Shown one piece after another: positions 13,684 through 26,310 of a stretch of 60,000 nt of DNA. Origin of the DNA: Laetmonice hystrix (taxonomy: Eukaryota); the NCBI GenBank assembly GCA_965235115.1, contig OZ249436.1, forward strand, positions 52,268,001 through 52,328,000, read 5' to 3'. How positions within the stretch are numbered: the first letter of the stretch is position 1; every line of letters starts with the position of its first letter. The notes beneath the pieces are model-generated. The model ran no database searches, was not told the origin of the DNA, and saw only the letters and a list, made by a program, of their open reading frames with translations. Both the position numbers and the translations under genes were made by a program.

Positions 13684-14217
13684 TTAAACAAACAACCAAC
13701 CAAACAAAAACAAGAACATAAAAGTAAACACGTACATCTAATTCGTAGTACATGCATTTTCATTTTCGAGAATAATATGGGTCGTCGCTCGACAAAAGGG
13801 ATTCATACATTTCTACTCCTGTCCAATGACACCATGCTCTGGGCACCTTACACAATGTCAACTAACCATTATAACCAGTATCTAGCACACTCATCAATAA
13901 TTTCTAGTTCATAGAAAGACATTATTGCGTTCATAATTGGTTATTGAATATGTATGAGTCCCAAAACGTGTGAGCTGCTTTCCGTTCTGGTTGGACAGAT
14001 GAATCTTTTTAATGGGCGTCCATTTACTAGGTGCCAATAAAACGCAGGGCGATACTGCCCCTCATCAATTGACCGTAAACCGTGACATAGCCACTACAGC
14101 GAAGGTGCATAGAAACGTTATTGATCAGAAAAAAACAACAAAAACAGGAGTAGGCTATAGTAGGAAGGTTAACGGGTCGGAACTGCAAGACTTTTTTCAA
14201 GAGGAGATTCAAGGGCA

Positions 14218-16789
14218 ATGTGGACTACAAAGTGGATGGTTGTACTCTTGCTGGTTTTCAGCATATTTACCTACGTTCTGTCGCTGTCGGCCGATGCTCC
14301 TTCTCCGTTCCACCAGGCCCTCGCTGGTAAGATACCACACATACCGTTACTCATCAGTTAATCATCACTGGCCACAGGACTGCGGGCCGAGAGCAAAAAG
14401 AAATTCAATCCTTAACATAATATAGGCCTGACGTCGTGTCACGTTCAAACTCTTGCTGCGGTCGAGTTCCTATCGATCCATCTGGAACGGCTTCATCCAT
14501 ACAGGTCGGTCGGTGGTCTACGAATAATGATAGGGATGCTTGGGGGGGGGGGGGTCCTCCTGGGAATTCCAATTATTAGATCTTTTCTTACCTTACATGA
14601 AGACGATTAGTGTCGGTGTCAACATACTTTTATCTTTGTAAAGAAAGTTTTGGTAACTTTAGACCTTAAAGGTGCTATTCGTGGAAAAAAGTTCTATTTT
14701 TTTATTTTTTATTTTATGGACGTTTATGTGATTCCACCTATCATGGAAATAGATCCACAACAAAGGAAATCAAAAATTTTCATGGATAACGGCACAAATG
14801 GGGCTCTCTCAGAAGGCCTGTGGAGACCCTGACACGCCCCACCATAGGAAATGGCTCTATCTCGGTGCGCACCGAGATAGGTTTCAAATGCTGCACACAA
14901 ACTAATAGAAGGTTTATCAGGCCAATGGTATCGGTAGGAATCTTTTCTAGTATCTTTTCTAGTACTATGTGCACAATGTATGATAGGAGAAATGCCATTC
15001 TGAGCGAGACGAATAGCCCCTTTAAGACTCAGAGTCGCTAGCTCCGTTCCGGAAGTTAGTACACATGTTAACAAATTAATACGTTTGACATGTATCCCCC
15101 CTAAAAAAAGAATTATGTTTGGCCCTATTTTTTCTCATATTTTTATTCTGGAGGTATTGATGATACATACATTCTCAACTCTTTTATAACCTGTCTTATA
15201 ACGCAAAATGTTGCATTATAATTGAGTACCCTTTTTCAGGTCATTATTTTGATTTGGAAAAAGAACTCGGTAAATAGTGCAATTTGTCATTGGAGGGTGG
15301 GGGGGGGGGGCAATAACCGTTATTGGGATTTCGTCAGTAACCAGAATTATTGAGGATCTGCTAGGTTTCATGAGAATGCGGAAGTCTGTAGAAAGTTATC
15401 GGCAGGTGCCGGTGGACCTACCATGACAGGCCGTATATATATTTGCCGGGTATGGCCTGGAGGGGTGGAGATAGCCGGGGGCGTGTAAGCCCAACTATAA
15501 CACATACAGGTGTGACAGCTTGCGGCCATACTGGACGATAGTTAGGAGACCATAAACAGGGGACGAATTCCCTGTTTACATCTAATGTACCATAAATATT
15601 GACATATTTTCGGTTATTTAAGCTGCACATGCCTGTAATTGTCCATATTCCATCATTTATACATGCAGCTTTATTTAATATAATATAATGTTCCAACGCT
15701 TAGACTTAACTAATCCACCAGGCTATAAACATATTTTTCGTTACTGTAACATACTGTTTTGTGTTGTATTTTGTTTTCGCGCGCTCTATTTCGTTAAACA
15801 AAGCAGAACATAACTCCTTGCAAATCCTCAACAACTAGGCGTGGCACCTGATGAAACTTGCGGCGACTGCAAACTGCAGCTGGTTTGAATACTTAGGCTT
15901 ACTGCTAAAACACATCAACAGATACTGAACAAACGAAAACTATAGGTTCACATGTTTGGCAACTATTATCCTCAATGTTTGTTTTATGTTGACAGTTGAT
16001 GATCCTGCCATGAACCTACATCCCCGTTATCGTCGTACCATAGCGTTCTTCACTGAGGGTCGTCCAATCCGTTATCGGCCTACTGACAGAGGCCCTGCGA
16101 CGTTATACACCGGAGAGAACAGTCAAAAGTACGCGCGTGTCGAAGGCTCGCCCTACAGGTCGTCCTTCTCCCCTGGAAGGGACATTTACCAAACAGAATC
16201 TATAAATGCACTCCTACCGGTTGTAGAGGGACGGACCGCCCGACTCAACGACTACGGTTACGGCGGTGGCCATGGCTACGGGCATCATGGCGGACACGGA
16301 GGTCATCACGGTGGGGGCGGCTACAGTCACGGTAATCACGGCAGTCATCACGGCAGCGATCACGGCGGACATAACTACGGGGACCAAGGTCAAGGACATC
16401 ACGGCGGGCAGGGCAAGCATGAAGGTGGGGGGAGTTTTGACGGCGGGGTGAAGTGGCATGGCGGTCACCATGGACATGGTCATGGTCGGCAAGGCTCCAA
16501 TGGACACTTCGGCAAACACTGGCAGGGCAAGACCCACGACGGGTACAAGAAAAATGGTCACGATTCGTACGCTCATCATGGCCACAAGGTGAAGTCGTAT
16601 GAGTACGGAGGGAAGGGATGGTACAAGGAGGTCTCCCACGGACAGGTTCAAGGTCACGGGAACGCTGGAGGTCACGGTAAAGGTCACTTTGGTGGTAACA
16701 AACACGGGAAGAGTCATCACCAGTCGCACAAACACCAAAATCATCAGGGTAAGACTGGTGGACACAAACAATACTATGGCTGGAACTAA
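14218..16789 (+). CDS. Secreted Gly/His-rich protein, paralog 1 (300 aa); exons 14218-14326 and 15996-16789
   Basis: Exon 1 MWTTKWMVVLLLVFSIFTYVLSLSADAPSPFHQALA|g-gtaaga is signal-peptide-like with a phase-1 donor. Acceptor ttatgttgacag|15996 is in frame with ORF 15956-16789. Ends ...YEYGGKGWYKE...GGHKQYYGWN*. Confidence 0.85.
14670..15021. mobile_element. Kolobok-like MITE (TTAA TSD) in the paralog 1 intron
   Basis: ttaa|aggtgctattcgt ... acgaatagcccct|ttaa. Confidence 0.7.
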
Positions 16790-16979
16790 CCCCGATTTTA
16801 TGACAGTGATGCACACACGATGGCTGGAACTAAACCTGATTTTATGACAGTGATGTAGGCCTACACACGATGGCTGGAACTAAACCTGATTTTATGACAG
16901 TGATGCAGGAAACGCATGATGGCTGGATCTAACCTAAACCTGACTTTTAATATGACAGTGATGCAGGAAACGCACGATG
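16776..16979 (+). repeat. ~44-55-bp tandem repeat, 4 copies, overlapping the paralog 1 stop codon and 3' UTR
   Basis: atggctggaactaa(a/c)cc(t/c)gattttatgacagtgatg recurs at ~16776, 16820, 16870 and 16919. Confidence 0.85.
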
Positions 16980-19900
16980 CGACGCTGCCAGCGAACACGC
17001 CTGCAGCTCTGGCAAAGTGTAGCTTCGGACGAAGGACCCATTCATGGTTCACTTGGTTGAGGTCCCAAAGACAATTTGGCGTTAATTTTCAGTAGGAGAC
17101 GCCCTGCGACTTTACAGTGAAAGGGCCATTTAGGAGATTTTCAAAATCGTGTCGTGTCGCGTCGGGTGGGGGTGGGGGTGGGGGCGGCTATAAGGACAAT
17201 TGGAAGCTTGGCTTCCGGTGAATAACGAGTATCAATGTGATATGTCATTGGTGGATGCTGTAGTATTTTCTAGCGCAGTGGTCTTTTCTTGCTTAAGAAA
17301 TGATTATCTTTTAAAAATATAATATAATAATAATTTTAATCATTCATTTTAAATTGGACACGTGATTTGTGTTTTAAAAATAAGTTTTTAGATGTTTTTA
17401 TTTTCTAGTGTTGAAACGTTTACATATTTGAGTGCTGGCATGAGAAGCCGCTTGAGAGACCTTAAAATAAACATCATTTGCATACGTAAAATTTATTAAC
17501 TTGTAGTAAATTATGGCTTCACAAAAGGCTACACTTAGATAATTGACTTTGTGGTATTGTGGAGATATGTGGGTCACTGATAAAGATGAGCTGGGGATAT
17601 GATATGGTTAATTAAACCTGCTGACCGGTACAATAATATATGGTGGGACGTTGCGATATATATTATAAGATCCTTTAAAACCCCTTTTACTTTATCCTAC
17701 TGATAGGGGTTCTTCCAGGTCATACGGCGATAAACCCCATACATAATGGTCAATAAAATGGTATATTTTAATATCTACTTTCTGACTTTCGTATTGAATC
17801 ACTTGCATAGAGTATATCACTGAATATATCAACTCTAATATAAACGGCTCATTATTATTAACGGTAAATTAGCTTAATTATTTTAATGATGCCATACTTT
17901 ACACCTTTCGCCTGAGCCATACTTTACACCTTTCGCCCGAGGGCTTGCAGCGCTCGTCCTGCGTCGCCATATTCGCTCATGATCCTATTTGAGATACACA
18001 TACCTCCCCCTTAAGATGCAATTAAATTATCAATAATAGCCCCCAGGTAAGCTCAATGGAATTTGAGATGAAAGGAAAACAAGTTGTCCGAGATTCCGCC
18101 GACACAGGCCATTCAAAGCCCAAGTTGTCCGAGATTCCGCCGACACAGGCCATTCAAAGCCCAAAGTCGGTTCGTTCAAAGACGCAGACCATACAATAGC
18201 GCTCGTTCACATCGCATTGTACAAAGCGTAAAATATTGGTGTTTTCCTCGGGTTTCTTAAAACTTGCAACGTTAATTTCTTGAATAAAGAATATTCAAAG
18301 CAACCATAAGCAGTCCATTACTATTTTGAGAGAAGGCCGATTTTTCTCCATAGTTTTCCTATGGAGGAAAATCGGCCGTATCTCAAAATCGGCCATAAAT
18401 CGGTCTGTGTATCTGGGCCTTTATCATGACGTAATGAAACACTCGTCCGACAACTTGGCAAGGGTCTTTCTCAGAACAATTCTCGAAGAAATGTTCCGAG
18501 CACGATTGCGACAAATCGGAACGACCAAGCCATTTCCGGTACTTTGCTATTTGGGAAATAGACTCGGATAGAGAAAGTGTAGAAATTTTACGGACATTTT
18601 AACTGCAAACCGCCGGAGGTGTGGTGTGGTCTCTGATCCGGCCGATTGAAAATCTAGTGCCGTCGATTTACCAACTGCCAATATGGTAGGCCTAAAAGTC
18701 GGACGGCCGAAATCGTATTGTTACATCAAATTACGTGAACCTGTTACTTGTTTGCTCATTAACATGTACAATTAGCGGAAAGTTGTTGAGGGAAAAATAG
18801 CTCTTGTGAGCTTCACTCCCTTTTGTTGCAGATATATTATTATACACATATTCTTGTTTAGTTGTTTCGTTCGTTGTTACGTAATGATGTATACACATCT
18901 GTTATTTATTTCTTACATCTGCATCAATAAAAGTTTATTTGACTTGACTTGACTTGTTTACGACACTTTCACTATATCCGACTCTATTTTCCGAATAACA
19001 AAGTAAACCGGAAATGGCTTGGTCGTTTTGACTGCATGGATCGCGACGTCTTCATTGGGAAGAGGTCCTCCATAATGGAGTTTGGCAGGTGATACGTGAC
19101 GTCACGGACTGCCGTGGTGATGATTGGTTTAAATAAATTAATGACGGCATCCTCGAAAGTTGAATTTCTGGGTTTATTCATCGGTATATGATTTGGTTTC
19201 TGAATTGTGACATTTCTACTTGGTAGAAAATACACAAATAATGCAATTAGACTGCAAAGTTTTGTAAAATACGTATGTAAAATATTTTGCTGGTAAATGG
19301 TAAGCGTGCCTATCAAGTAGTCTTGGTCGGCATAGTGTAACATTTGTATCTACAAATTTTAAAAGAAATCCAGGCAATGAATAAGTGTTCGCATGCTGGG
19401 AAAGTCATCTTCAGGGAATAGTCTTTTCAATGCCAAGATGTGTAATATCTCTCAGTGAATCGAAACAATGCGACAGGCGCCCATAGATATTCAGGATTAT
19501 TTTTATGACACTAGATACTAATAATCAATTATTTCAATCTCGCTTTGATCCCGGGGCGCTATCTAAAGTTGTAGTATTTTTGTGGCCGTACCGGCACTGA
19601 TGGAGACTGCCTGAGCGCGAGTTGTAGCCTGAAGCCAATTATTCGAAATCTAGTTTACGGATCGCTGGATCTAAGTTTATTCAAATCAGTTTGCATTGTT
19701 TACTGGTCACCGTGGCCAGTCGCTCAGATACGCCTAAGACCTATTAAATTAAACTGGAAGCACCGTTATGCCGTCCGCCTTGAGCGATAAAATGCCTCCG
19801 ACCTCCTACAGAATTGGGCATAGTTTTAACAATGACAGTTATCACGTTTGTCATGCATATCGACGTGCGCCTATCCTCAGTGAACTACCGCGTCTTTGCA

Positions 19901-20061
19901 TATCGTGATTTGTTCCTCGACCTATTCTGACAATTCGGTTGGCTAACGGCACTCGTGGAAGTACGTCACAGCAAGCATTGTCCTACGTCAGCCAATATGC
20001 AGATAGTGATTTCAGAATTACTCGTCCTTACTGGAGAAGGTCATTAACCGTGTCCAATCTC

Positions 20062-20068
20062 TATATAA
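20062..20068 (+). promoter_or_regulatory. TATA box of paralog 2
   Basis: ctatataag about 150 nt upstream of the ATG at 20211; equivalent motifs precede paralogs 3, 5, 6 and 7. Confidence 0.6.
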
Positions 20069-20210
20069 GGATCCAAAAGCAGGTAGCTGTATCAGTAGTG
20101 TGTCAACATCTTCTCTCGGACAGTTACAGCAGTTTGGACTGTGACAAGCGTGGTATCAGGGGATTGTCTGTACTGGTCCTCCCTAATTGTACCGCGGGAC
20201 GGTTACAGAT

Positions 20211-22166
20211 ATGAATATCGCTATTGTGTTCGTGGTGGCTGTGGCCGTGCTGGGCCGGGAAGTCTTTACAGGCGAGCTAGTAGAGAGCAACGGTAAGTTC
20301 AATGTTATCAATAGAGGTATAGATCTACTTGTTTCCTACTAGCATGGAAGTCTAAAACATTATGTTATAATTCGAGGGTGTTACAGGTTTTCCGATATCT
20401 CTTCTCTTCCTCGCTAGAGGGGAAAGCGCGCGTTATTTCCAGAGAAGGAGTCTGGTAAATTTGGAATTAAGGTATTATTTCAATTTTCTAAATAGTAAAG
20501 CTGGTAAAGACTATCGGGTATTTAAGAAATCCCCCCGTACAAAAGCAGGGGGATACCCCACGGGCACCAAAGATTTACCATCCTACTCCACACGCACATA
20601 ATCCTACTTTAGATATACTACTGAACATTGTAGACTCTCTCGGGAAACAGAATTCTTAGGTGTAAAATGATAGGTCAGCTTCCTGTGTATGGGATTGATA
20701 CAGGCACAAGTTAGTAGAAATAACTGGGAGTGGTCAGTTGACCAATAGTTTCCGAGTTATATTGTCCGAAAAGATAATAAAACACAAATGACCGCATTCA
20801 TGCTTCAGATAAAACTGGGAGTTGAATTTGCCGCATCCCTGAATAAAAGGCATTTTGCAGGTTTGCCCTGGCTCAAGGTTAATGATCTAATTGACCTGAA
20901 AATAGGAACGAAAACCAGGAATTCTACCAGGCGAATGTCTTGTCAAGCTTAGATAGCATCTCCTTGACAATCAGACGAAACGTCCAATGGGTGAATGGTG
21001 AATGGTATCGACTTTGATACCATTCCACGTTCAGAGTTACAGGCAACGTCAGACGACATGGGACATATTATATTGAACTTACTTTCTTTCCTTTCTTTTC
21101 TTTCTTTCTCTGAAAGTTCTACTAAACATTCGAATTTGTTGGTTACTGTGAATCAATATATTATATCGAGGCATTAGTAGCGAGCAGACCCAAATTGCAG
21201 ACATGGAATAGATATTAAAACGAATAACCAGGCGGCATAAGATCTATCAATTCTAGGCGGTCTCGACAAATAATTGACAAGGAGAGCAACTATTCACTCA
21301 TTCCAATTGATATAATCATTATACGGCTTTATGTCCACAGAGTACTCTTGCCAGTCCATGCCGTGTCCTAATCTAATATCTGAAAGGTTATCCTATATTA
21401 TGTTCTATGATTCTTTCTAGGTTATGACCAGATTGACGACGACGCCAAGGCCGGCTACGGTCACCGACAAGGTTACGGAGGTCATCACGGCGGTAGGGGC
21501 CGCGGTTATGGCGGCGGTCACGGCCAACACGGCGGCGGTAATCGCGGATACGGCGGCCATCAGAGCGGATACGGAGGCGGTCACAGAGGCGGTCACGGAG
21601 GCGGCCACGGAGGCGGATACGGAGGCGGATACGGAGGCGGTCACGGAGGTCATCACGGCGGTCACGGCAGTCACGGCAGCAGTTACGGCGGTGGCGGCTA
21701 CAATCAGGGCCATAGCACATCCCATCATGGTCACGGACATGGCGGCCACTCTGGCGGTCTCAACAGTCAGGGCCAACATAGCGGCAGTGGTAAGCACGAG
21801 GGCGGGGAGAAGTACGACGGTGGTGCACACTGGCACGGAGGTGACCACCGCAAAGGTCAGGGAAGCCAGCAAGGTCATGGAAACTACGGACAGAGCTGGG
21901 ACGGTAAGGTCCAAGACAAGTACAACAAAAACGGCCACGACCAATACCACCATCACGGCACCAAGGAGAAGAAATATAACTACGGTGGATCGGGCTGGTA
22001 CAAGGAGGTGTCCAAGGGTCAAGTTCAAGGTTACAGCGACGCGGGAGGCAAGGGTTATGGTAACTTCGGTGGGAACAAACACGGCAAGTATCATCACAAG
22101 TCGTCGAACCATCACGGAAATTATGACAATAATGGGGGACATAAACAATACTATGGTTACAACTAG
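20211..22166 (+). CDS. Secreted Gly/His-rich protein, paralog 2 (275 aa); exons 20211-20292 and 21421-22166 (true frame absent from the ORF track)
   Basis: Exon 1 MNIAIVFVVAVAVLGREVFTGELVESN|g-gtaagt. Acceptor ttctttctag|21421 gives GYDQIDDDAKAGYGHRQGYGGHHGG...HDQYHHHGTKEKKYNYGGSGWYKEVSKG...GGHKQYYGYN* (TAG 22164-22166). AATAAA at 22297. Confidence 0.9.
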
Positions 22167-22439
22167 GCCTGCACACGTCCTCAAAGGGCTCTGAATGTCA
22201 ACACACGACATTGCTTTTTCTACCGTTTATGCAGACCAATCTCATATTTAATCTCTCGAGGAACAGGGACGCCTCTTGCATGTGATAATGAATGGAAATA
22301 AAGAACTTTAAATATCCACCTCACTTTGATTTGTTAGCTTTGGACAACTAAGGAGTTTATCTTGCGAATCTTTATACTCCCATACCGACCCTGTGTGTGA
22401 CATCATGGGTTTTTTTGCAAAGTAGGGGTCGTAAGCAAT

Positions 22440-22785
22440 ACAGAATGAATTTACATACCCAGGCTATCCTGTGGACCAGAGAGAGGAATATGGTCCTCAG
22501 TCTCCACCCATGGCCGTTTGTAAGAGGCGACGAATTGGACGAAGGTTATTTTTGGGAAGTGGTAGAGCATCGGATCACTGAATCGGGACGGATGAGTTCA
22601 TCTTTCCAGGACCAAGAGAGTTAGGATTTCCCCCCAAGAAAGGTTTCGGAGTCACTTCATCCTCATCATAACACACACATCCTTGGACTGTAGGGCGCAG
22701 GTCCCATGACTGAACACGTTTTGAAAAGTTCTATCCCCACCGCCGATATGGCAGAAATACTGCCCACGGATAAACCCATCGCATA
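22440..22785 (+). mobile_element. Possible SINE (MetaSINE-like)
   Basis: cccatggccgtttgtaagaggcgacgaa and the 3' end cgccgatatggcagaaatactgcc resemble motifs I recall from invertebrate SINEs. Not verified by search. Confidence 0.35.
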
Positions 22786-22790
22786 CAATA

Positions 22791-23350
22791 TATCGGGTGG
22801 GCCAAAACATTTCGGAACACTCCTTTCTTGACTGGAGCTTCTATAATTTTTACCCCAATGTCATAATATTTAGAACATGATATCATCTGGTCATTTGGGG
22901 TATGTGGTATAAATTTCAGATAAATAGGTCAAAACGTCTACAAATAGGGCCATTTTTAAAAATTCGTATCAAAAATTGCAATGCCGGACCAGGGTCATTA
23001 GCGTGAAGCCGCACGTCCTTTAAACGGAAAACTGCCCCGTCGCGTTGAATGACTCAGTTTTCTTGGTATGTGTCCCAATTAACAGTGACAAGCTATAGTC
23101 AAGTAAAGAGTGTTCCAAACACAGCGGGACCAACTCTGCCGAGGACACCTGGTCCGGCATTGCAATTGTTGACATGTAGTTTTTAAAGTGGCCCCATTTT
23201 TTGATATTTTGACCTATTTATGTGAAATTAGTACCAGATGCCCCAATTAATCAGATGATATCATGTTCCAAATATTATGACATTGGGGTAAAAATTGTAG
23301 AAGTTACAGTCAAGAAAATAGGGTTCCAAAATTTGTAGGCCCACCCGATA
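22791..23350. mobile_element. Tc1/mariner-type MITE, 560 bp, ~200-bp TIRs, TA TSD
   Basis: ta|tatcgggtgggcc ... ggcccacccgata|ta; the inversion extends through taccccaatgtcataatattt and atgccggaccagg. Confidence 0.85.
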
Positions 23351-23723
23351 TAGAATGAAAAAGAAGCAGAAGTAACACTGAGCAGATTTCCCTTTTTTTT
23401 TCTTTTTTAGCCTGGCCCAGTGCTGCCCCTAGCGAAATAGATGGGCAACCCACAAATGTCGAAACGCGTCATACAAACACATACTAACGCGATGACTGAC
23501 GTATGAAGACAGCACGACACCGAAGGTGGAGTGCTGTAGGCCTATTCATACGCCAGGAATCGTGTTACTGGGAGCAGGGAAAGGGACTAGCTGCAACTAC
23601 AATCCGTCGAATCGACTGGTTACTTCACAATAATGCTCACCTACTCACCACTGACGTACTTTTTCTTTCATTTTTTTAATTTCGTGTATTTACCCTGGAG
23701 AAGTTTTCGGTACAGAGTGATAA

Positions 23724-23816
23724 AGCAACGGTTTTGAAAACCGGTACTTTATCACTCTGTACTTTATCACTCTGTACGACAGAGTGATAAAGTACCGGTT
23801 TTCAAAACCGTTGCTT
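23724..23816. repeat. Near-perfect hairpin (37-bp arms)
   Basis: agcaacggttttgaaaaccggtactttatcactctgt ... acagagtgataaagtaccggttttcaaaaccgttgct. Confidence 0.85.
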
Positions 23817-24729
23817 ATGGAGCAAATTTGATACTTTCACAATTTTCTTTGTAAGACAGTGATCTGGCGTACTTGACAGAAGAGCTTCAAATTTGCAAAG
23901 ACCATAATTTGCATGGCAGTGTGAGTTGGACTATGAAAAATAATCCCATTCTCGGAGCCAAGAAGGCCATTTTCAGTGACTGAAATCAGATTTAGCGACT
24001 TGTAGAATATAGATCTAGGCCTACTAGCAAACACCCGTGCGCCGCACGGGACCGAAGGGGGCTAAAAGGGGTCGACCCCCTGTCCCAGTCCCTTGCGTAC
24101 GATCTTAATGGACGGCGCCTCTAACTGAGGCTAAGCGGTATGGTGAGAGCTGCTGCACTCGATTATCGCGGTCTCGAAAGAAACGTTCCCCTCGGAGAGG
24201 GTCAGAGTCTCTTGGACTACAGCACAGATCAACGGGCTCACCAAGTGGACGGCCGGGTGCGGGGGTCGAGTCCGTGGCACAGGCTTGACATGAATTATGT
24301 TGAAAAGTGGCTCGATTGTCGCCATTGCCGTAAACGGGGTCAGTTGTTGGCTGGAGACCTGGCCTCTGCTGCTGCCCTCTACCGCCGCACCAGCGATGGT
24401 GCGGCCAGACTGCCACCTGAGGACGCAGGTCTCCAGCCAAGTTCAGTTGTAGCCGAGATCAACAACAAAAATGGCGGACAGTTTGGGCGGTTGTCGTAAA
24501 ACATGTGCCAAAAATGCCTCACAGCGCCAAGGATCAAAACAAACAGGGGAATACTGTTAATATGTCTGGTGTACTTTCACGTTGATGCTTCGAAAGGGAA
24601 AAGCGGTAGAGCGATGACAACGCAGCCCCCTTACGGTATTAGTATAGATTTTAAATATCCCCAAGGGCCACATAATGTTAGAAAGGTAGCCTGGGAGCTT
24701 TGTATCATATCGGTGTACCCCATGCACAT

Positions 24730-26310
24730 TACTAACTAAGTTATCCCCAGCTGAGTTCGTCCTATGTCGACCTATGAGGTGTCCTGGGACGTCTTGGTCT
24801 GATGTAGGCCTACATGAACATTACTGAGACTAAGTTATCCCCGCTGAGTTCGTCCTATGTCGACCTATGAGGTGTCCTGGGACGTCTTGGTCTGATGTAG
24901 GCCTACATGAACATTACTGAGACTAAGTTATCCCCGCTGAGTTCGTCCTATGTCGACCTATGAGGTGTCCTGGGACGTCTTGGTCTGATGTAGGCCTACA
25001 TGAACATTAATGAGAATAAGTTATCCCCGCTGAGTTCGTCCTATGTCGACCTATGAGGTGTCCTGGGACGTCTTGGTCTGATGTAGACCTACATGAACAT
25101 TAATGAGACTAAGTTATCCCCGCTGAGTTCGTCCTATGTCGACCTATGAGGTGTCCTGGGACATCTTGGTCTGATGTAGGCCTACATGAACATTACTGAG
25201 ACTAAGTTATCCCCGCTGAGTTCGCCCTATGTCGACCTATGAGGTGTCCTGGGACGTCTTGGTCTGATGTAGACCTACATGAACATTACTGAGACTAAGT
25301 TATCCCCGCTGAGTTCGCCCTATGTCGACCTATGAGGTGTCCCGGGACGTCTTGGTCTGATGTAGGCCTACATGAACATTACTAACTGAGACTAAGTTAT
25401 CCCCGCTGAGGCCGTCCCATGTCGACCTATGAGGTGTCCTGGGACGTCTTGGTCTGATGTAGACCTACATGAACATTAATGAGACTAAGTTATCCCCGCT
25501 GAGTTCGTCCTATGTCGACCTATGAGGTGTCCTGGGACGTCTTGGTCTGATGTAGACCTACATGAACATTAATGAGACTAAGTTATCCCCGCTGAGTTCG
25601 TCCTATGTCGACCTATGAGGTGTCCTGGGACGTCTTGGTCTGATGTAGGCCTACATGAACATTACTGAGACTAAGTTATCCCCGCTGAGTTCGCCCTATA
25701 TCGACCTATGAGGTTCCTGGGACGTCTTGGTCTGATGTAGGCCTATATGAACATTACTGAGACTAAGTTATCCCCCGCTGAGGTCGTCCTATGTCGACCT
25801 ATGAGGTGTCCTGGGACGTCTTGGTCTGATGTAGGCCTACATGAACATTACTAACTGAGACTAAGTTATCCCCCGCTGAGTTCGTCCTATGTCGACATAT
25901 GAGGTGTCCTGGGACGTCTTGGTCTGATGTAGGCCTACATGAACATTAATGAGACTAAGTTATCCCCGCTGAGTTCGTCCTATGTCGACCTATGAGGTGT
26001 CCTGGGACGTCTTGGTCTGATGTAGGCCTACATGAACATTACTGAGACTAAGTTATCCCCCGCTGAGGTCGTCCTATGTCGACCTATGAGGTGTTCTGGG
26101 ACGTCTTGGTCTGATGTAGGCCTACATGAACATTACTGAGACTAAGTTATCCCCGCTGAGGTCGTCCTATGTCGACCTATGAGGTGTTCTGGGACGTCTT
26201 GGTCTGATGTAGGCCTACATAAACATTACTAACTGAGACTAAGTTATCCCCAGCTGAGTTCGTCCCATGTCGACCTATGAGGTGTCATGGGACCTCTTGG
26301 TCTGATGTAC
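24730..26310. repeat. 93-bp minisatellite, ~17 copies
   Basis: Unit actgagactaagttatccccgctgagttcgtcctatgtcgacctatgaggtgtcctgggacgtcttggtctgatgtaggcctacatgaacatt. Confidence 0.95.

Noticed and set aside
21388..22211. Long Thr/Ala/Val-rich or Arg-rich ORFs overlapping the His-rich exons (also at 16.2-16.8, 28.4-29.2, 34.2-35.6, 40.2-41.1, 52.7-54.2 and 57.6-59.5 kb)
   Set aside because: Shadow frames of GGN/CAC/TAC-rich codons that rarely generate stops. Only the Gly/His frame has splice-linked signal exons and a conserved C-terminus.
24140..24499. 119-aa ORF with a CxxC motif (LDCRHC)
   Set aside because: No recognisable domain or exon context; possibly a transposon fragment but not supportable.
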